Below, one piece after another: positions 60,001 to 64,000 of a stretch of DNA of 64,000 bases. This stretch comes from a bacterium (lineage in GTDB: Bacteria; Electryoneota; Electryoneia; Electryoneales; Electryoneaceae): assembly GCA_963669175.1 (NCBI GenBank), contig OY769902.1:992001-1056000 (forward strand), given 5' to 3'. A model generated the notes under the pieces. The model worked only from the letters and a program-made list of their open reading frames with translations. It searched no databases and was not told the DNA's origin. The translations under genes were made by a program, and so were the position numbers. Within the stretch, counting starts at the first letter, position 1. The number at the start of each line of letters is the position of its first letter.

Positions 60001-60096
60001 ACGTTTTACGATCCCGGCTGGCGGTACTATCTTACGGTACTGTTCGAGTTCGAGACCATTTTTCCCGGCCGGGGTTCGGCCTCAAGGAGGTTCTAA
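57004..60096 (+). CDS. Secreted/outer-membrane protein: gluzincin-like domain, TolB/PD40 propeller and Omp85/BamA-like C-terminal barrel
   Basis: THEFTH and WFAEG zinc motifs; PVWS/SPDG PD40 repeats; GMKGY and VGMELR in a barrel-like C-terminus. Confidence 0.8.
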   Translation: MQLHTSKKKLAYLVVSSILLMATCGFAQPYDANHPELVWHTFETEHFVFTYHDGAERTANTIAKIAEEIYGPITTLYEYEPDTKIQYVVKDTDDYANGGAYYYNNKIVIWATALDYDLRGSVNWLRNVVTHEFTHMIQLGASRKLPRAIPAVYVQVLGYEEEKRPDVLYGYPNVLASYPFAMTTIPMWFAEGTAQSNLAQFDYDYWDSHRDMQLRVRTLNDSLLSMNDMEVFGKNSLGNESTYNHGYGLVLYIRNTYGEEALRHLSEEMTKLNHLTFDSAIKAALGISSDQLYEDWTSAMREDYGSRTAIIRDNIVEGELFAREGYGNLFPVWSKPDGEKIYYSSNEGNDYLGQRSLLVKDVEEGESEVVIPYVGTPFDMTSDGRWLVYSQLKLQSNESNYADVFLFDVQEKKNIRLTRAARAIEPSFLPDESAVVFVLNADGTKDLARIDLPPREEWSDIEPMVADSIHRLTDSRDGSQVWRPSASPDGEWVVYSWNRGIGRDIRLIRPDGSEMRTLLGGPGGQRDPVWSVDGKWLYYSSDITGIFNLYRYNLETEQSEPITNVLGGAFMPNVNKDGDIVYVEYTEYGFELRILDDPQPVDPEVMVYNSDFLENLPRVDYDDTNIGFAATKMYKPVFESMFLVPRIGFDYGKFKPGIYAFSNDVLERLSMMGGFAMNTDGEFDAFGLFDFRALRPTLFLEGYYMKRVYSDEFEDPYVIKGSKIVDGELVPIYDQYGVDYTFHLMEVDGGAKLKLSEPVDLELRAVWSRYQAFLNYEDLTSLHYTYFIGRYLQTRMDFNYTEPMVRGNVHPHKGIVGQLTAAYEDNDFIEGFEINQDKYTLQEVFTPYRYLRFEGDITGWWNPFGEVVVQPRLRGGYLDHEVDPFMYLYAGGLHGMKGYSYYSLGGNRKIIGSLALRHPLITAPRPRLGWFHFDGLYGGVFYEAGDAWVNRDFSFDRLARTVGMELRTKLYSWYGYPTAVTFSAARGLDHITHTENNTTTFYDPGWRYYLTVLFEFETIFPGRGSASRRF

Positions 60097-61145
60097 TGGG
60101 TAGCAGGATGCTTTGGATCGCCATCATGGCGGCGCTGGTAATCGTACCGGGACTGGCTGGTGCGGAAGGATCTTCTGTTGAAGATGGGTCGGAGGAACGT
60201 TCTGTTGTGTTCCTGAACCAGAATCCGGCGCCGCAAGCAGCAGAAGTCTCGCTGGGTGAAGAAGTGCTGGGTTTCCTGGAAAAACCGGTCAGCTTTACCG
60301 GACGAGATCATGAACTGAACCGGCAGCTCGCTTTCCAGTTGCAGTCGGACCAGGGATCAGATGTCTCTTCCGTCGCGGCAAGCGGCGCGAAGAAAATTAA
60401 CCCGGGTCGCGCCATCCTGATGTCAGCGTTGATTCCTGGCGCCGGTCAATTCTATGCGGCGTCGAACATGGAATCGAATACGATTGCCTATATCAAGTCG
60501 GCGGTCTTCTTCGCGGCGGAACTCGGTTTCTGGACCGGAGCAATCCTGTATGCCAAGAAGGGACAGGACAAGGAAGACGAATACGAACTGTATGCGGATA
60601 AAAACTGGAACGAAGAAGTCTACCGCGAATGGGAATACTGGCTCGCTACCAATAAAGGGGGGCAGGCCGATTCCTTATATCCCTATACAAAAGATCAATG
60701 GGAAATCTTGCCGTGGGATGCAAGGCTTCAGTACCTGCCGACAAACTTTACCCACAAACTTCCGGACTCCAAGGATCAGCAGTATTACGAAATGATCGGT
60801 AAATATCTGACTCAGTTCGGTGCTGCGTGGGATGATATCTACCCGGAAAATCCGTCTGAATGGAGCGCCTTCTTCAACACATTTTACGATGATGAAACAT
60901 TCTTGAATGTGCATAGTGTTCTGGCAAATACGTATGCCCAGATGCGCTATGATTCGAACAAACTCCTGGACAAGAGCGCAGCATTCTTCATGGCGATCAT
61001 GGTGAACCACGTGGTATCTGCCGTTGATGCCGGGTTTACTGTGCGGCTGCATAACAAGCGTGTCATGTCCGGAGAAGTCACTGCAAAAACAACATTCTTT
61101 AATGGTGAACCGGTTGTTATGGGAGGAGTCAACCTGACTTTCTGA
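60096..61145 (+). CDS. DUF5683-like membrane/secreted protein
   Basis: SD aaggagg; ATG overlaps the previous TAA; KKINPGRAILMSALIPGAGQFY and NHVVSAVDA; terminal Phe. Confidence 0.75.
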   Translation: MGSRMLWIAIMAALVIVPGLAGAEGSSVEDGSEERSVVFLNQNPAPQAAEVSLGEEVLGFLEKPVSFTGRDHELNRQLAFQLQSDQGSDVSSVAASGAKKINPGRAILMSALIPGAGQFYAASNMESNTIAYIKSAVFFAAELGFWTGAILYAKKGQDKEDEYELYADKNWNEEVYREWEYWLATNKGGQADSLYPYTKDQWEILPWDARLQYLPTNFTHKLPDSKDQQYYEMIGKYLTQFGAAWDDIYPENPSEWSAFFNTFYDDETFLNVHSVLANTYAQMRYDSNKLLDKSAAFFMAIMVNHVVSAVDAGFTVRLHNKRVMSGEVTAKTTFFNGEPVVMGGVNLTF

Positions 61146-61200
61146 CCGTCAGATTGCTTTTACCCGGTACTCGAACAGTGAGACCTGTCAAGAGGATGCT

Positions 61201-62061
61201 TTGAGTCTAGTAGTCGTGATACAGGATAAAATCAGAATCCAGCTTGTGCTGTTCAGCCTGGTGGTTTTCTTCGTGCTGGGCGTGGTTGCCGCGCATGCCG
61301 AAGAAGCCGCTACGAACCCCGGCGATCAGTACACGCAGACTGCCATTGGATTCCGTGCACCTTCATCAATTCATACACAATTGTTGACTGGTAACGGTCC
61401 TTACGAGCGACCGGGCGCACGTGGTTCACGCAGCAAGAAGGAAAAAAAGGAAAAGCTACCCGAGGTCGAGTATCCTGCTGAATTGCAGAAAAGTCCGCCT
61501 CGAGCGTTTCTGTACAGCATGATTTTGCCTGGTTGGGGCCAGCGGTATGTAGACAGGCCGATTCGTGGCGCCATCTATACCGGCGTCGAAGTCAGCTTGT
61601 GGACAGGTATCCTGTTGTCGTGGCAGAGTTACCTGTACCAGACGGACAACTATGAGAAGTTTGCCATACAGCACGCGGGTGTCAGTGGTGACCATGAAAG
61701 CGCGTTTTATGCTGATATCGGCAACTACAACAATATCAATGATTACAACGCTGCCAAGCGTCAGCAACGCGATTATGAAGCCCAGTACGATATCGCATCC
61801 GAATACTGGAACTGGGATAGCTCGTCGAACAGGCATGAATTTGATGATATCCGCATTTCCGCGGGACGTCACAAGAACCGGATATACTATCTTGCCGGTG
61901 GAATGCTGATCAACCGCCTGATTTCAGCGATTGATGCTGCAAGGACGATTTCCAACGCTCAGAAGAAGTACCGTGAGAGTCTGGGGGAAATGCACGTTGG
62001 CTGGTTGCCGGAAGCACAAGGACCGGCTTTGGTATGGTCCTGGAGGGGTAACCTGTTCTAA
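61201..62061 (+). CDS. Second DUF5683-like protein
   Basis: KSPPRAFLYSMILPGWGQRY and NRLISAIDA; similar layout to the upstream gene. Confidence 0.75.
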   Translation: MSLVVVIQDKIRIQLVLFSLVVFFVLGVVAAHAEEAATNPGDQYTQTAIGFRAPSSIHTQLLTGNGPYERPGARGSRSKKEKKEKLPEVEYPAELQKSPPRAFLYSMILPGWGQRYVDRPIRGAIYTGVEVSLWTGILLSWQSYLYQTDNYEKFAIQHAGVSGDHESAFYADIGNYNNINDYNAAKRQQRDYEAQYDIASEYWNWDSSSNRHEFDDIRISAGRHKNRIYYLAGGMLINRLISAIDAARTISNAQKKYRESLGEMHVGWLPEAQGPALVWSWRGNLF

Positions 62062-62090
62062 GCTGTTGCCCAAAGATCGTGAAAAACAAC

Positions 62091-62121
62091 AGGGATTGGC
62101 CGATGAGGTCAATCCTTTTTT
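62091..62121. terminator. Probable bidirectional terminator between convergent genes
   Basis: agggattggc-cgatgag-gtcaatcc followed by a T run, with an A-rich stretch upstream. Confidence 0.7.
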
Positions 62122-64000
62122 AATGCTGTTTAACCGGCAGGAAAATGGTAAAAGTTGTACCGACACCAACCTTACTGGTGACCGTAATAGCGCCCTTATG
62201 AGCACGGATGATTCCCAATACTGCCGCCAGTCCCAATCCGCGTCCCGTAAATTTTGTCGTATAAAACGGCTCAAAAATTCGTGTCAATAGTCCTTCTTCG
62301 ATACCAATCCCGTTATCATTGATGACCAGTTTGATGAAATCCCCGGCTTCCGGGATTTCAGTCAGAACGGACTCCTCCAGAACTTCCCTGCTGCAGGCGG
62401 CAAGTGAGGTGCTGATCTTGATTTTTCCGGCTTTCCCATCAAGAGCGTCGGAAGCGTTTAGCACCAGGTTGGTAACAAGTTGTCGGATTTGCAGGCTATC
62501 CCCGGCAATATTGGGAAGGGCCGGAATCAGATCCAATTCCAGGGAAGCGTAATCACTGATGGAAGATTTCAGCAGTGTTGATACGTCCTTGACCAGTATG
62601 GACAGGTCCAACGGTTCTATAATAAACTGTCCCTGTCCGGAATAGGCGAGCATCTGGCTTGTAAGCAGCGACATACGTTCTGCGCTTTTTTGAATATTGT
62701 CCAGGTTCTTCTTATGCGCAGGTAATTCTTCTCTGCATTTCATATGAATCATATCAATATTGCCTATTATCTCAGCCAGCAGGTTATTGAAATCGTGTGC
62801 AATACCGCCCGCCAATAAACCAATGCTTTCCAGCCGTTGATTTTCCTGGATTCTAGCATCAAGTTTTTTTCTTTCCTCTTCCTGTTTTTTCCGTTCTGTA
62901 TTATCCAGGAAGATGACCAGCTCACGGTTTCCGATCCGGGAGAAGCGGATTTCCGTGTCAAGAATTGTGCCGTTTTTGCAGATGATTTGCACATCTTTCA
63001 GCGCCTGTATAGCGCGATCCTGGCCTGACAGGTTCACCTTTTGTTGCCATGACACCACAATTTGTTGCCGATAGTGCGGGGCTGGAAAAGCCTGGCGCCA
63101 CCAGTCGTCAATGGTAGGAATATCCTGTTGATCATATTGAAACAGGTGCAGAAAACGGCTATTCAGAATCTCAATAACGCCATCGAGGTTACAGACCAGG
63201 ATTGGCAGGGGCGAGTATTCGATCAGTTTCCGGAACTGGCTTTCACTTTCACGCAGCGCTTCTTCGGTACGCTTGATACGATCAATATTCACATTGGTGC
63301 CGATCATTCGCCGAGGGCGCCCATCCGCTTCCCTTTCGAGAATACGTCCACGAGTCAGAATCCAGCGCCAGCGTCCCTGCTTGGTCTTCGCACGATATTC
63401 CACGGTGAATTGGGACAGGTTTCCGACGAGATACTCCTGCAGCAGTTGATCCACACGTTCCAGGTCATTGGGATGGATCAGATTCATCCAGCTATCAAAA
63501 GTCGGAAGAAATTCATTCTCCTCATAACCAAACATCTGCCACCAGGTACGATTAAAACAGATGTCTCCGTTACTGATATCCCAATCCCATAAACTGTCGC
63601 CAGTTGCTTCATAAGAGAAATCAAGGATAGCCCTGCTTTCTTTCAAGGCCTCGTCAGCCTGATGGTGAACGATTGCCATGGCAATATGATCGGAAACAAA
63701 TTCCAGCAAGTGCATATCTTCCGGAATATAAGCGTTGGGGTTGTCGTAACTTTGGATAGCGACAACACCGATCACATCATTCGCTGTTTTCAGAGGGACG
63801 CCGATCCAGATTGGTGCAGGCGCGCCGACATCACCAACCAGTTCCTGCTTCATCATTTCACGGTGAGTCGCATCATCTCCCCATAAAGGTTTTCCGGTGC
63901 GACGGACGTAATCAGTCAGGCTTCCTTCAAGGGGATAGTTGTCTTCACGATTAATCTCTTCTCGGAGGTCATGGTGAAATGGGAACGTGTAGGTTTCAGA
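62120..64000 (-). CDS. GAF/PAS sensor histidine kinase (5' end outside window)
   Basis: The frame stays open to the window edge. GAF WIGVPLK..IGVVAIQSY; PAS domains; LAGGIAHDFNNLL; NLVLNASDA; DNGIGI; EPFYTTKFTGRGLGL. Confidence 0.93.
   Translation of the reverse strand, partial: SETYTFPFHHDLREEINREDNYPLEGSLTDYVRRTGKPLWGDDATHREMMKQELVGDVGAPAPIWIGVPLKTANDVIGVVAIQSYDNPNAYIPEDMHLLEFVSDHIAMAIVHHQADEALKESRAILDFSYEATGDSLWDWDISNGDICFNRTWWQMFGYEENEFLPTFDSWMNLIHPNDLERVDQLLQEYLVGNLSQFTVEYRAKTKQGRWRWILTRGRILEREADGRPRRMIGTNVNIDRIKRTEEALRESESQFRKLIEYSPLPILVCNLDGVIEILNSRFLHLFQYDQQDIPTIDDWWRQAFPAPHYRQQIVVSWQQKVNLSGQDRAIQALKDVQIICKNGTILDTEIRFSRIGNRELVIFLDNTERKKQEEERKKLDARIQENQRLESIGLLAGGIAHDFNNLLAEIIGNIDMIHMKCREELPAHKKNLDNIQKSAERMSLLTSQMLAYSGQGQFIIEPLDLSILVKDVSTLLKSSISDYASLELDLIPALPNIAGDSLQIRQLVTNLVLNASDALDGKAGKIKISTSLAACSREVLEESVLTEIPEAGDFIKLVINDNGIGIEEGLLTRIFEPFYTTKFTGRGLGLAAVLGIIRAHKGAITVTSKVGVGTTFTIFLPVKQH

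Overview
Chromosomal window from a diderm bacterium of the FCB superphylum. It is probably not Bacteroidota, because clear Shine-Dalgarno sites are used; the mix of features suggests an Electryoneota/Calditrichota-like lineage, which is an inference. Housekeeping genes are rpsB-tsf-pyrH, tRNA-Leu(CAA), glyQS and a DUF58 gene. They are interleaved with a large type IX secretion (T9SS) load: five cargo proteins with Por-type C-terminal domains, including a 5177-aa protein with 42 fibronectin-III-like repeats, plus a porU-porV locus. That locus continues with an M6-like protease lacking its zinc motif, an SGNH protein, a gluzincin-PD40-Omp85-like protein and two DUF5683-like genes. Also present are two paralogous lipoprotein-type beta-propeller sensor kinases with a NarL/LuxR regulator, and a C39-peptidase/RimK/GCS2/N-formylglutamate-amidohydrolase operon. 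Two islets have no integrase: an AT-rich NERD/SEC-C gene at tRNA-Leu, and a T9SS cargo gene bracketed by a duplicated DUF58 3' end. Intergenic DNA is full of REP/MITE-like elements. The most striking unexplained signal is a recurrent (E/D/G/S)-L-(D/N)-(E/D/Q) motif ending variable linkers in four different secreted proteins. This suggests an Asp-specific, clan CD (caspase/gingipain-like) extracellular processing code. No CRISPR array, rRNA, integrase or transposase is seen.
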